Shown: positions 11,905 through 24,983, numbered from the stretch's first letter. The stretch is 64,000 bases of DNA from Callorhinchus milii (GCF_018977255.1 NW_024704743.1:108874001-108938000); one strand, 5' to 3'. Notes: generated from the letters alone by a model not told the origin. Program-made: numbers and translations.

Positions 11905-13217
11905 TCAGCCCCCATTCTCAACAAATAGATGTCATGTGAGCCTGGCTCTGTTGGTAGCACTCGAGCCTCAGAGTCAAAAAAGGTTCAAGGCTAGGTTAGG
12001 ATTTTGAACTCATAATCTAGGTTCACAGTGCATTGCAATGGGGAAGGGGGCAGCATAGGGTGGAGCAAGCAATCATGTAGGCTAAATGGGCCAATTGATC
12101 TCATCTCGACTGTACATGAATAACACAATATCTCACTGTATTAAACTGTTTGGAAATGTTATAAATTCCCTCTTAATGTTGCACTTATGGATTCAGGACC
12201 CTTTCCATGACACACACACATTTATCAATGGGAAAGACTCGCACAGACTCCAATATACTCAGCCCACGTTCAAAGCAATAGTGTGTGTAGGAAGGTGTCC
12301 GCAAGTAATGAATACGTAGGATGGGGATTGATGCTAAGGACACAGTGAAAATGAAAATGTCCCCGTGTGGGTTGCCATGAGAAGTGTGACTCTTAATATT
12401 CTTCTTACAAACTGAAAACGTTTATCTTTTGCTGTTCAGTGTTAAGAGCCATCAACTCAAAAGGTCAGACAACATTTGCCTCTGAATTGCTATAACATTT
12501 TGTTAGTGTAAAGAAAGGAAGAGAAGAATAGGCATAATGAGGCTGCGTACAGTATGCTATGCAAACATGGGTCTTTATTTGGCATAATGTGCTGCACCAT
12601 AAGGGCCATAAAATTACCCATGTGTTAGTATCATTTTAATTATCATGAATGCCACATGTTAAGCAGAATGTAATACCACAGCAGAACAAATAAAACAGCT
12701 TAAAAATCTTAATTGCTGATCACAGTATTTTAATTACAGTTTTGAACATTGCAAATCGATTGCTATAACCTCCCTATTTAAAGGAAGTCCCTCCCTTCAA
12801 TTTATCAAATCAACAGATCTTTAAAACTTTTTGTTGATAAGTCTCCACATTACATTACCCTCAGTGTGTTTTCCAAGTTCATTAAGAAAGCTAATTTTAG
12901 CAACAAGGGCAAGTGAGCCAATTGAAAATGCTGCACAGACTGAACAGCATTTTAAAGGCTCCACTGAAAATGCCTGAGGACATTTTGCATTTTTAAAGAA
13001 AATTGCGCAGGCTCTGTACAGAGGATTCATCCCACCAGTGGACCTTTGGGTTTGACCAGTTGGATGACAGCTGATGGGTCTTCCAGCCTGGGTAAATCTT
13101 CACATCTGGGAGAATCCAGTACTTTTACAAAAGTTTCCACAGAAAGTTTTTCCTCACAGACAGAACTACATGAGTAGGTAACATGCTGAAGCCATTGGTT
13201 CTTATTTACAAAGCTAC

Positions 13218-13612
13218 CAGCTTGGCTCAGTTGGTAGCACTCTCCCCTCTGAGTCAGAAGGTTGTGGGTTCAAATCCCCCAGTGACGGGACTTTAAGCTC
13301 ATAGCCACAGCGACAGTCCACTGTAGTGATGGAGGAGTACTGAATTGTTGAAGGTGCCGCCCTTTAGATGAGGTCCTGTCTCCTTATTCAGGTGGATACT
13401 AATGATGATCCCATGGCAATGCTCAAAAAAGAAGTGAATTTCTGAAGTGAAGTCTTGGGCAACAATCCCCAGGATAAAAACAAATGTTCATTCACTTCAT
13501 GACTCTTTGTGGGTCATTGTTGTGCTAATGTGTTGCTTACAAATACACAGTCACTACACTTTGAGATATCTTTCTGACTTGATAGGTGTTATATCAAATG
13601 CAGGATAAGATT
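13218..13612 (+). mobile_element. SINE family A (tRNA-derived, SacSINE1/AmnSINE1-like DeuSINE), near full length
   Basis: Box A tggctcagttgg and box B ggttcaaatcc; Deu-like body (gtggatactaatgatgatcccatggca, tttgtgggtcattg); tail atcaaatgcagga. Confidence 0.85.
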
Positions 13613-13709
13613 TTGTTCACAGAGAATAGAAGTTGGATTAAAACAATGTGTGAACTAGGATTCTTTGGTTCTGTTTCAGCTTCAGTCTGCATTCTTATCA
13701 GAGCAGAGT

Positions 13710-13922
13710 TGTCATGGTGGGGTAAGATATGGATGGATTTCCCAGGTGGAGATGCACTTTATATATCAATACGCTTTTCACAGTGCAACTTTTATGCCAC
13801 CTTTTTATGACGAGCAGTTTTTCAACCCTATTGTTAAGGTTGTGTATTCTGAAGCAGAATAAAGAACCCAGTGGTTAGAAAACAATTATTCGAGTATGTC
13901 ATGAATAGGAGACATCGTAACA
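13710..13922 (+). mobile_element. Putative 5' LTR of a decayed Ty3/Gypsy element
   Basis: TGTCATG...CGTAACA termini, AATAAA at about 13858, followed by a PBS-like gatgtctgaaa and then gag remnants. Confidence 0.5.
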
Positions 13923-14196
13923 GATGTCTGAAAACTACTGACTGAAGATTAATAGAAGATAGAAATGAGTGTCCAAATTGCTGAGTAAGGGCTGTCATCA
14001 CTTCAGCAATTGGAAACCCAGTGGAGAACTGGAAGGCGATTAAGTAAAGGAGGCTGAATTTATGAGCTATGTACAGGCATCACAGAGAAATTGTTTACCC
14101 TCATACGAAATGTACATGGGAGCTACCAGGTGCTGAAAAGTAAATACAAGTTAGAAGGAAGGTTGGCAACTTTTCAAAGGAGAATATGCATCATCC

Positions 14197-14594
14197 TGTC
14201 AGTTGGTAGCACTCTGAGTCAGTTTCAAGCCCCATGTCAGAATTCATATTGTCTAACCTGACACTAAGCTGGTGTGCTGCATTGTTGGAGGTATCATCCT
14301 TTGGATTAAATGTTAAACCGAGGCCATGTCTGCCTGTCCAGGTGGACATAAAAGATCTAATGGCACTGTTCAAAAAGAGAAGTAAGTTTTTCCAGTGTCT
14401 TGGCCAACAATCCCCGAGATAAAATTGGTCATTCATTTCATAGCTGTGTGTGGGACATGGCTATTTGTAAATTGGGGCCTGTGTTAGCCCACAAAACAGT
14501 CACTTCACTCCATAGTATATTGTGTGGAGTGCTTTGAAATCAGTGTCCTCATGATGTGAAAGGCCATATACCAAATGTAAAGATTATTATTATT
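14197..14594 (+). mobile_element. SINE family A inserted in the gag relic
   Basis: cagttggtagcactctgagtcag head; aaaccgaggccatgtctgcc body; (TTA)n tail. Confidence 0.85.
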
Positions 14595-14668
14595 AATACA
14601 ACAGATGAGAGATACATGCTCAATTCACAAAAACAAGTCCAAGGAAATTCATTGATGATTGGGTTACA

Positions 14669-14821
14669 AAGCGATGGCCAATCTTTTTGGCTGGCCAACA
14701 AAATAAATGTTCTTGATTGAATATCTCTTGATTTAAGGTATAATATGATATAATTTATGCCACAATATTGATTGAACATGGACTTACCTAGGCCACTTCT
14801 GACCATGGGTTAGCTACCAAT
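14669..14821. mobile_element. Probable hAT-type MITE nested in gag
   Basis: Flanked by GGGTTACA (14661-14668) and TGGTTACA (14822-14829); degenerate terminal inverted repeats aagcgatggccaatc / ggttagctaccaat; removing it rejoins the gag frame. Confidence 0.6.
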
Positions 14822-15244
14822 TGGTTACAGTATTGAATAATCTTGCCAGACATGAGTGTGATTTTCATGATCTGAAGAAGACTCTATTTTCACTATAGAA
14901 CTGCATTTGGGTCAGAAACAGCTACGAGAGAAAGATACAGCGGGAGAGAGTCGGGCTGCTGCAGAGTGCACCACACCTGGATTATAAGGAAGATGTAGAC
15001 ATGGTAAGAGCAGCTGGAATTGCACAGTCTCAGGTGACGCAGCCCAGTAATGATGAAACTGCTCAGAGTTAAACAAAAAGCAATGCCAAGAATAAAGTGC
15101 CTTGTAGGGACCCCAGTGAACAGAAGCCCAAGCCTATTAGAGATGAATTGATTGACTGCCAGTTTTGTGGAAAGAAATATTTGAAGAATAATAATCAGTG
15201 TCCAGGGTTCAAGCAGAGATGAGAATTTTGAATGAATTTGAGAG

Positions 15245-15550
15245 GATAAACAGCGAAAGATTTATCATTTTCACTAATGAAAGATTATTCCCATTGGTAG
15301 GTGAGTCGGTAACAAGGGTACATAAGATCAGAGAAAGAGGAAGTTAGAAGATGTTTATCATGCAGAGTATTATTACTACATCCAATTCTCTGCTGCAAGT
15401 GACTAGTGAAGCCAAGACCTTAAGATCATTTAAAAGAGTTAGAATGTATTTGAAAAGAAATATGAAACGATATGGAGAAAGAATAAAAATTGGGATTAGA
15501 AAATATTGGGCGAATGGTCTGTTTCTATGCTGTAATTTCTATGATTCTAT
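15245..15550 (+). mobile_element. Old CR1 LINE 3' end
   Basis: ttattcccattggtaggtgagtcggtaacaaggg (LFPLVGESVTR); tail ttctatgattctat. Confidence 0.75.
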
Positions 15551-17824
15551 ATGTAAGTGTATGGTTTTAACAATAATTATGCTGACAAACATAAGACAAA
15601 ACTATAGGGGTAGAAGCAACTGCACTTCATGGAGACAGGTGAACAAGATAACAATAATAATAAAAATCCTTAGATTTGGTATAGTGCCTTTCCCGTTGAG
15701 AGAACATCCAAAAGGACTTCACAGGATACACAATAAAGTGGAGTGACTTATTATGAGAATAATATCAACAGATTCACAAAATAAGATTAGTTCAGATGAC
15801 GAAAGCCCTGTGACCCGTTTGAACTCATCCTTCCAGAATGCCCACCATACCAACTTCCCATAATCCTTGCATTTGCTATAACAGCTTATCACATATCAAA
15901 ACATCTCAAAGTGCTTCACATGATTTAATATTTTAGAGACGAGGCTGATCTGAAGAATTTCTTCAGTAAAGGAAGAGATCATGTTATAATAATCTTTGCA
16001 ATTGATGTAGTAAAAATGCAGTGATTTATCATGTTGTCAAGACCTCTCAAAGGTGCTTCACAGGATATGTAGTAAAGTATTTTGTAGATGAATTATTACA
16101 ACATGATGCACCAGAACCAACTAATACTTGAGTCAAACCAATATGACCTAGATCAATAAAGCCAAATAATTAATTTTCTTTCATTGGTTTTGTAAGATTG
16201 TCATTTATCCACTTTAATTTCTGCTTCTTTCCTCTCTCTTGCAGGCTGGTTGCCTGGAGAGGTAAAATAAATTTGAGCCAAACCAGTGCATGATCTCCGA
16301 TTCCAGACGAGAAATGAGAAGCACTTACGTATCTCCTATAAGGTTCCAAGGTCTTATATCATATCGGTTTGGCATTAGAACCTGCAGTAACCTATCTAAG
16401 ATTTCATGCCTGTGAAGTTTAAATGTAAGTTTGCTCACGTCCTGGTGCGGATTCTTAGTGACATCAATGGCACATCAGGGGTAGGCAGAACGAGCCTCAG
16501 TCTTCGCACGTTGTCACTTTCTACCTCTCCAAAATCGAGCACCTCAAATCCAAATGACATTCCATCTGGCAACCCAGCTGAGGTCCCCATAAACTCATTC
16601 GACTGAGGCCATCAAGTTCCAGTGACAGGTAGTCCTGGGACTCAAACTGATGACCATCTGGGTGGGAGCCAAGCACTCAACTTTAGGAGCTATCAGGCTG
16701 CTTCAAACTGCCACAGACTTTCAGTCCTGATGCCTGACTGAGCTTAGTTTATAGTTTTGCCCTTGGCACCTTGAGTATTTTCTTTGACAGCTGTAAATTT
16801 CGAAATTTGTTCCAAACCAAAACCAAACAAATTAAAATTAATTTGTCAACTCCTCACTAAAAGTGAGGATTGATCTAAATTCAGATTTATTCTATCACAC
16901 TCACCTCCTGAAAGCAAAGACATTCCAAACCACACTTTTTTCCACCCCCAATCTGTGTCCAATGCAACCAAACATCAGTTTTATGACATCCAGCCCCAAT
17001 ACTGATTCAGTAGATGATCCAGGGTGGGTTAAAGCTAAAATTCAATTATACTTCATGTAGCCTCCCATTTTGAGGTACAAGATGTGGTACGTGATGTGAC
17101 AATGTTCAAATATCATAATAGACATATCACATACCAGTTTTTTCACCCCATATTATCTAATTATGTAAATTGTCTGCAAACTGACACGAACCACTGAACT
17201 CACCAATTAAAGTCATTTTATTGTAACTGTCAACCTCTGGGGCAGTTCAGAGCAGTTGTGCTCAAAGCTACTTTGATCTCATGACCATGAGATATAAAGT
17301 CTTGAAAGCTAACAACTCTTCCTTGAACAAAAACATTTTTTTGGAAAAGGTAGAGCTTGCGTTTATATTAAGTTCAAATCGATGTGGTGTCAATTTTTAT
17401 TGATTACTTTGGTTAATGTTTCCTATGAAACAGAATGGCAAAAGGTTTATTCAATGAAATAATTAGTGGTTCATTGACATTCTATTGAGTCTTTCCCTTG
17501 TGTCTTTCTAAATATATACACAATGTTTTTTATATTTATATTGATGTATTAATTAGAGCTCTGTTAGATTTGTAAGATTGAAGTAACTTTAAACAATAAT
17601 AAAACTGGTAACTCCGACAAATATGCAGGATGCTTAAATTCCTTACAGTTTTTATTTATATAGCTTTTTTTCATTCTTTCATGTGGGTTCAAGCTGTTGT
17701 CGGGAATTTTAATTCACAGACTAGGATTACATTCTGTTACTGTCCTTTGGATGAGAGATTAAGCCATGGTCCCACATGCCTATGCAGAGCAATGTTCCAC
17801 AAACAGCCATAAAGTGAATGATCA

Positions 17825-18395
17825 CTTCAAATACTGCTGAAGTTCTCAGTCATGCTTTTGTCACCTCCTGCCTTGATTTTTCCACTGCAATGTTCGCTGG
17901 TCTCCCCAACTCCACTATTAACAAGGTTCAAATGATTCCTCACCCTCATCCTCCACCATCCCAACATCCCAGTTCTTGTCAGGCTCCACTGGCTTCCTAA
18001 TGCAGAATGGATCGATTTCAAGATCCTCACTCTCGCTTTTAAATCTCTGCATTCCCTGGTACCTGTCTACCTCTCTGATCTGCTCACACCCCACACCACT
18101 ACCTGCTGCCTTCGCTCAGCTGGTATGGGTCTGCTGCACGTCCCTCGTCCCCTTCTGCTTCACAATTGCAACCGTGTTTTCAGCCTCTATGCCCTGATCT
18201 CTGGAACTCCTTGCCTCAATCCCACTGTCTTGCCCCCCTCTCAGCCTGTCTTCAAATCACACCTGAAGACTTTCCTCTTCAACTATGCCTCCAGTCACCT
18301 CTCCCCACTTTCCAGCTCGGAGTCAATCCATGCCACTTTTAAGCGCTCTGAGACGCTATCTGCATGAAGAGCGCAATATAAATGCAAGCTGCTGT
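17825..18395 (+). mobile_element. Degraded L2 LINE 3' portion
   Basis: AEVLSHAFVTSCLDFS, LHWLP, FKSHLKTFLF; tail tgaagagcgcaatataaatgcaag. Confidence 0.88.
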
Positions 18396-18399
18396 TGTC

Positions 18400-18668
18400 A
18401 TTGACCAATTTTATGTGGAGATTTGTTGGTCAGGAGACTGGGAGAAGCTCCCTTCTTTTTGTCGATAAGTACTATGGGATCTTTAACATCCATCTGAGCA
18501 GACAGAACCTCAGTTTCTTATTCGAAAGATGGCATCTCCAGCAACGCACTCCCCAGCACTGCATTAGAGAGTCAGCCTTGACAGTGTGAGGCTAAAGTTC
18601 CGATGTGAGGCTTGAATCCACAATCTTCTGACTCAGAGATGAGAGTTCTACTAACTGAGCCAGGCTGA
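18400..18668 (-). mobile_element. SINE family A 5' half
   Basis: Reverse tRNA head (ttctgactcagag...aactgagccaggctga) and gatctttaacatccatctgag body. Confidence 0.8.
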
Positions 18669-21494
18669 TATATATCTCATCACATTGATGAAACATTATG
18701 AAGCATTTCATAGGATTTACTGTAAAATATAGTGACTGTATTTGTTGAATTGTCTACACATTAATAGGCGTGAGATCAAATGCATGGATTACTGTTATAC
18801 ATTAAAATAAAGGGGTCTAATCTATGCAATTTCTAATGGTAATGTGTAATGAGGAATTCCTTTGTAAGGAATTCAGTCAGAGATACCGTCTGGTAACAGG
18901 AAGGACATCACACATGTTATACTAACTCACGCAGAAACACCTCTCCAAAACTAGATGGCATTGGAGCAGAGTTCCCATGAGTTAATGTGACACTCAGTAC
19001 TTTGAGTTACTTTATTAAGGATTCCCATTAGAAGTGACAGCGAAGTGCTTGAGACGTATCAGAGACGTGTAAGGCACTATATCAAATGCAAGGATTATTA
19101 TTATTATTATTGACCCCACATTTAAAAAAAAATCGATTTTGTGTTGTTTCTTTCACACAGCAAATGAATTAATTTGCTGGCTGTTATTTGAATTGACAGT
19201 TTCCAGATTTGTTTTACTGACAGTACTATTTGAAGTTTCCTGCGGTAACTTCATTACCCATATTTTGTTCAGAATTACTGATGCGTGCTGAAAATTGCTA
19301 ATGACAGATGTTTCTCCACTCTGTCACACTTCTCGTATCATTTGATTTGGAAAGCAACATACGGTGTTATGCTCTATCAGTATGTCACAGACTGTCTGTA
19401 AACAGCTGGTCATAACTCAGTTCAGTGAAAACCATTACTTTCCAATGAAGTGCTGGACAAAATCCAAATTTTCTTTTGGCATGGCGAGCACTGCATTATG
19501 CAGAGAGGTTTTTTTTCCCGCTGTTATAGGGTTACCTGTGGAACCAAATGTCTTTTATTGCTCAACTTTATTTTGATGCGGAATGCAATGAAAACACAGC
19601 AACACTAAATGAGTATCGCAGTTCAACCATTGGAGCAATACTCACAATGATTGCCCCGATGACTATTTGGTTCCTGCATTCCCCCTCCTGATGCCAACCT
19701 CCACTCAGGTCCCGGGTCTTGTGACGTTCTCCCAACGAGAAAGGTGTCATGTAAGTGTCATTTGTTGTTGCATTTTTGTGACACAAAGGCTCTTTTATTT
19801 TAACTCTGTGGCAACTTTATCCAGACAAAAACAGAGAATAAGAAAGTAAAGCATCTGCTGTCTAAATATGTGAACGTGAAAGGCGCTTTATAAATGGAAT
19901 CTTGTTGTTATTGTTGTTGTATGTGTAAGAGTTAGAAAAAAGTATCTTATAGGCAAATTATTTTCTTTACAGTTGCCATTTAAACCACTTGTCTGGATGT
20001 GTTACTGTCTGTGCCCTTAAAAAAACAGCATGGCTTTATCTCACAGGAATCTACCATATTCTGTTCAAAAAGATGAAGCTGACCTTGTTAAATTAGTCTT
20101 CAGTTTGTATTTTCGTATAATAGTTTTTCCTGTTAAAGTCATCTTTGCTGCAGTTTCCAAACAAAAGGCACAGAAGTAGGATAAAACCCAGAGTAAAACA
20201 CATCCTGAGAATAGCATCACACTGCCCAAAAGGAAATGCAACACACTGTGAATGATACCTTTCTACAGAACAGATTGGGAGTTCAGAATCATTACAGCTC
20301 TTTTAACCAGGGCAAATACAAAGCAATGTCCTGAAAACCATTGGATCCTTTATTTGCTGTCAAACATTGCTAAACACCATGTGCTGTGGCTTTGTCTCTG
20401 TTTGATGCAAACATTTTCTAGAATGGGAACATATTACCAAATCCTTTAGGCATAATGGGCTGTTCTAAAAATGCAATTCAATGTGTGCATGTTCATAGTG
20501 GAATAGATGACAAAGAACTAAGTGGATTTTACCTCCAGACGGACTCAATTCAGCTCATTCACACATGATGATTAGGATCTGATCCTTGTTCATGGATGGA
20601 CTGCTTGCATTTCATAACATCCCAAAGTTTTGCAAAAAATATCAAATCTCAGTGGAATGATGGTTTGATGCTTTTTTGTGTGGTCAAATTGGTCTAGTCA
20701 GATAGCCATGTGTTGGTGCAGAGGGTCTGTACCTTGGTCACAGTCAGTTCTGGAAGTTAGGTTACTTTATGTTTTCCATCTTGAAATATCAACTCTTTGA
20801 TGCAGAGACTGAATTTATCAGAAATTCACCTTAAATAAGGAGCAGCTGCTGCTATGTTAAATGCTAGAAGTACTGTATGAGTCTGTAAAATTATAAGAAA
20901 TTATTCAGCCCTCTGATCTCAACCTTCCAGAACACCCACACATCACAGCATCAAGCTGCTTTTTAAAGGAGTCCAGTATCCTGGCCTCAATCACCCTTCC
21001 TGGAAAAAGTTAGTTGTTACATCTTTAACATCCACCTGAACAGGCGGACGGGACCTCGGTTTAACGGATCATATGAAGGATGATCCCAAATGTCTTTGCT
21101 CTAATTTTAAGGCTATTTCCCCTCTAATGGATCCCTCTACTAGAGAGAAGAGATCATCCACTCTTATCGTGTAGGGGAGAGGAGAGAAATCTGAGATAGT
21201 GAGCAATAGAAAATGGGACCAGCCAGAGTAATATTTTTTTCAGTATTGTGCATTATGTCCATGTAGGTTTTCTGAAGGAAGCTCAGGGTACCACCCTTTG
21301 GTCCAATCACAGGGAATGTTTGATTATTATATATATATATATATAAATGTTGTACTCAAATATATCTTTGCCTTTTTGTATCTAGCAAAAATCCAATAGA
21401 GTGGAGAAGAAAAAATGACAATCTATGCAATGCGGCTATTTGCTTTTAACCAATGCTTTAGTTCTCTGTTAAAGTTAACTTGTTGTTTAACAAC

Positions 21495-21705
21495 CTCTGG
21501 AACTCCATCCCCCAATCACTCCGCCTTGTCCCCTCCTTAAAATCCCACCTCAAAGCCCTCCTCTTCGACCATGCCATTGGTCACCCCCTTCCCCTCCCTT
21601 CTCCCCCCTGATCCCAGCTCGGGTCTGAAATGCTGTACGCTGTCCAGCACCTTGGGACGTCCTCCCGACGTGAAAGGCGCTATACAAATGTAATCTTGTT
21701 GTTGT
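21495..21705 (+). mobile_element. L2 LINE 3' end
   Basis: ctctggaactccatccc; tail gtgaaaggcgctatacaaatgtaatcttgttgttg. Confidence 0.88.
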
Positions 21706-22261
21706 GCTGTCTTTGAATTGAGAGTTGCAATGAACGGCATTGTATTTTCATTCTCTTACAAAGCTCTCAGGTGACTCAGTCACGAGTGGGCTACGTTTGG
21801 TAGGTAAACGTCCAGCTTCTCTCTCTACATTCTCGACTCCACAGCTCAAATCAGCACCTATTTGGCTGGCTCAGATTTAAAACGGCCAGTTGGAAAATGC
21901 AGTGAATTAAATTGATGCAACAGAAGGTGTTCTTGTGAGGTCGGATTGTGGCTTCATTGCCAAGTGTCTTGGGACTTCAATAGAATGGGTCATAAAATAC
22001 AATAATTTAAACCCCTTGCCTATTATTATCCACAAATTGAGGCAGAACTTTGTAGTCCAGAAAGAAAAGCCCTGAGCAGCTTCAGGTAGCAGCATACTTG
22101 CTCTGAAGCTCTTTTCAGCTTCATAAAAAAAATCTTGGTTTGTTTCAAAGAAAAGCTCTGTGAAATGGGAAACTTGCCGTCATCAAGATGAGAGATGGAA
22201 ATCATCCACTTTAATACTGATGTCTCTATCAAGTATTGCCAGGTCAAGTTTTAACCACAGA

Positions 22262-22515
22262 ACAATAATAATGATGATAAGCCTTGCATTTTTCATAGTG
22301 TCTTATCACGTCTTTGAGACGTCTCAAAGCGCTTCACAGAATATAATAATCCTTGTATTTGATACAGCACCTTATCACATCTTCGAGACATCTCAAAGGG
22401 CTTCACAGAATATACTGTAAAGTGAATTGACTATATTTTGTGGGTGAAACTCAGCAGCCAGTTGCACACAGCAGTCCCCACAAACAGTCGTGGATTGAGT
22501 GACCAAATTATTATT
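22262..22515 (-). mobile_element. SINE family B 3' half with duplicated tail
   Basis: Two consecutive copies of ccttgcatt..ttatcac..gagac.tctcaaag.gcttcacagaatata. Confidence 0.85.
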
Positions 22516-24983
22516 TATATTTTGTAACATAACTGTGTGACATTTCCGCTATCCACACTATCCATCCTTGTGTCTTTTCTGAGTCAAGTTACCAATGTTG
22601 TGCCAACTTGTGTCAAATTATAGCCAGCTTAATGCTGTAGACTCAACTCCCCACCCAAATGAGTGACAGGCTTACAATAACAGAGAGATAGGTGAAAGGA
22701 CAGTATTATTACGCACTGCACCACAATCTTTGTTTTTCATTTAGATTAAGATAAAAAATTACAGAGCTGGAGGGCAACCTTTGGGCTGAGTACAAGACAA
22801 TACAGAAAGAGGTATACAGAAAGAGGTTAATAAAAGAAACTAATGGAGCCAAGACATAACTGGAAAGGAACATTGCAGCAGATTGCAGCAAAACTTAAAG
22901 CCAACAAAAAATTCCAATATTCTAGCCACAAGAGAACAGGAAAAATGTTAAAACTAAGCGACACAAAGGTTTTTAATAAAGTGAATGAAAAGGAGATAGT
23001 GAATTTGTTAAGCGTCTGTGTTTCAGAGATTTTATCAGGCTGGACACTAAATGCATTATATTCCAAATCCCACACACGACAATTGGTCATTTGTTTCATG
23101 TCTGTTCGTGGGACATTGCTGTGTACAAATTGGATACTACCAAGACATTGCAAATCTTGGGAGATTTTGGACTGGAAGAACATAATTAATAGCTGCAGTG
23201 AGAAAATTATTTTATTTCCCAAATTGTATTCAGTGAACAGAAATATTTATTTGCATTCATGTAAGAGAAGTTATCTTTGAAGCGCACATTGTTTCCGAGA
23301 CCAAATCATTAAAATGTTCCGCTTAAGGAAAGAGGAGACGTAGATTATGAATCACATTAGAGTTCTGGTGGGAACTCCCGGGAAAGTGTGCAAGGCCTAA
23401 TGACATTTGATGTTTTATGGCTCAACGGAGTCTTTTCCACTTGTGCGGTATGCTTACAAAATTGACACAAAGATGCGAATCGGGTTAATACATGTAGAGC
23501 TCGAAATGTATTGATTCGTTTTAATAAGTTCTACCTTTTAGTTCTTTTCATCCATTGCAAACATTCAAGTGTAACCAATCAATGTGATGACCACACATCC
23601 ACTCATGCACCTTGACAGCTGAATTTCCATGTGGCATAACTGATGCTTGCCTCAGGCGTTTGGCTGCCAGTGCACTGGTGGGTTTTTATGTTCTAAGCAC
23701 TTACTTGGAATTTCATACAATGGCCTTTTAAAGCAACACTATTCCGCTTTTCAGCCTAGTGGGCTGTAAAACCAAACCACAAAAAGTGTGTGTATTCACA
23801 CCCGCACAGACTGCCTTTTTACAATATCTCACAAACCTGTGTACTGTGAGAATGGACACCTCTCGTATTGTCCTCACTGTCTGACGCAGCAGCAGACAAT
23901 GCAGATTTGTGGGCCATTCAGTTTTTATGGTGAATAAAAAATTAAAGTACAAGTACAATGAGGTATGGAGGCCTTCAGGGAAAGTTCTTTGTAGGTTCCA
24001 CATTTTAACATTGCTAGGTTTATTTTGTTTTTCATCCCTGTTGTACGCCCCTCGAAAATCCAAGGGAACATTATAAGATGTGTTGAGATGTTATATTCCT
24101 ATATTTAAATCAACTGGGACTCTTAGAAGGGTTTAACGACACTGATGAAGGAGGTAGTTCAGTTCTATAAGACAATTTAAAAATACTGGAGTTCGTGAAG
24201 TATCTCCTCTACAGGACTTCTGACATCTTTCATCTAAGTTTGTTTTAATGTTCCTTTCAGTTTACGTAACACGGGTGAGAAAATATATTTTTTTAAAAAG
24301 CCAAGAATAGTCCGAGATTGTTGCAGTGTTGTTAGGCTAGTAAAATGCATTTCAGTGGTGTCCCTTTAATAGGGACTTTATTCTATCTTTCTTATCAAGG
24401 GCTTAGTTTCACATTTAGAGGTGGATTCAGGGATTGTAGGCGCTGTATAATATAGCAAACACACCTCTGTTTCATCTTCAAAGCCCCATTTGTAATGGTT
24501 GTGCTCTTAAGTTTTATGCTGAGGCACGTATTACTTCTACAAGGTAATTTTAAAGCAAGTTAAGCCATAACAAATAGGGACAGCTAGCCTAATTGAATCA
24601 TTTGAGCCAAGACAGCTCAACTAGGTTATCCGCACTCCAGCCCACACTGATGTTACTGAGAGAAGCACAAAACCATGAAATTGTGTCTGCTTTTGAATTC
24701 AGTGTTCTTGACATGGCAGTGAGCACAGCCTGTCTTTACATTATAACACCAGAGTTCTTTCAACATCTACAAAAAGTTTGCCACACAGGTTACAGTTACC
24801 TGGGAATGTTGTAATATATTGAACAATTGTAAATAGTCTCCCAAAACTGTGGATTTTTTTCCTCTTCTTGCTTTTCCTTTAGTATTCTTCTACCTTTCTT
24901 TTATTCTTCCTGTACTAAACTGGATTTATATTACTGTGGGCAACAGCGGTACTCTGGCAACTTGTCCAAGCAGCTATTTTGCT

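Larger units (their letters stand above)
13965..15235 (+). pseudogene. Decayed Ty3/Gypsy gag relic interrupted by younger insertions
   Basis: Collinear peptides: GNPVENWKAIK*R (14012), IYELCTGITEK (14058), ERYMLNSQKQVQG (14607), FIDDWVT (14648), VLNNLARHECDFHDLKKTL (14830), LLQSAPHLDYKEDVDMVRAAGIAQSQ (about 14956), CQFCGKKYLKNNNQCPGFKQR*EF* (15157). Confidence 0.75.

Noticed and set aside
16085..16170. Possible Gypsy RNase H end (AP..LILESNQYDL)
   Set aside because: Too short and needs a frameshift; not enough to extend the Gypsy relic.
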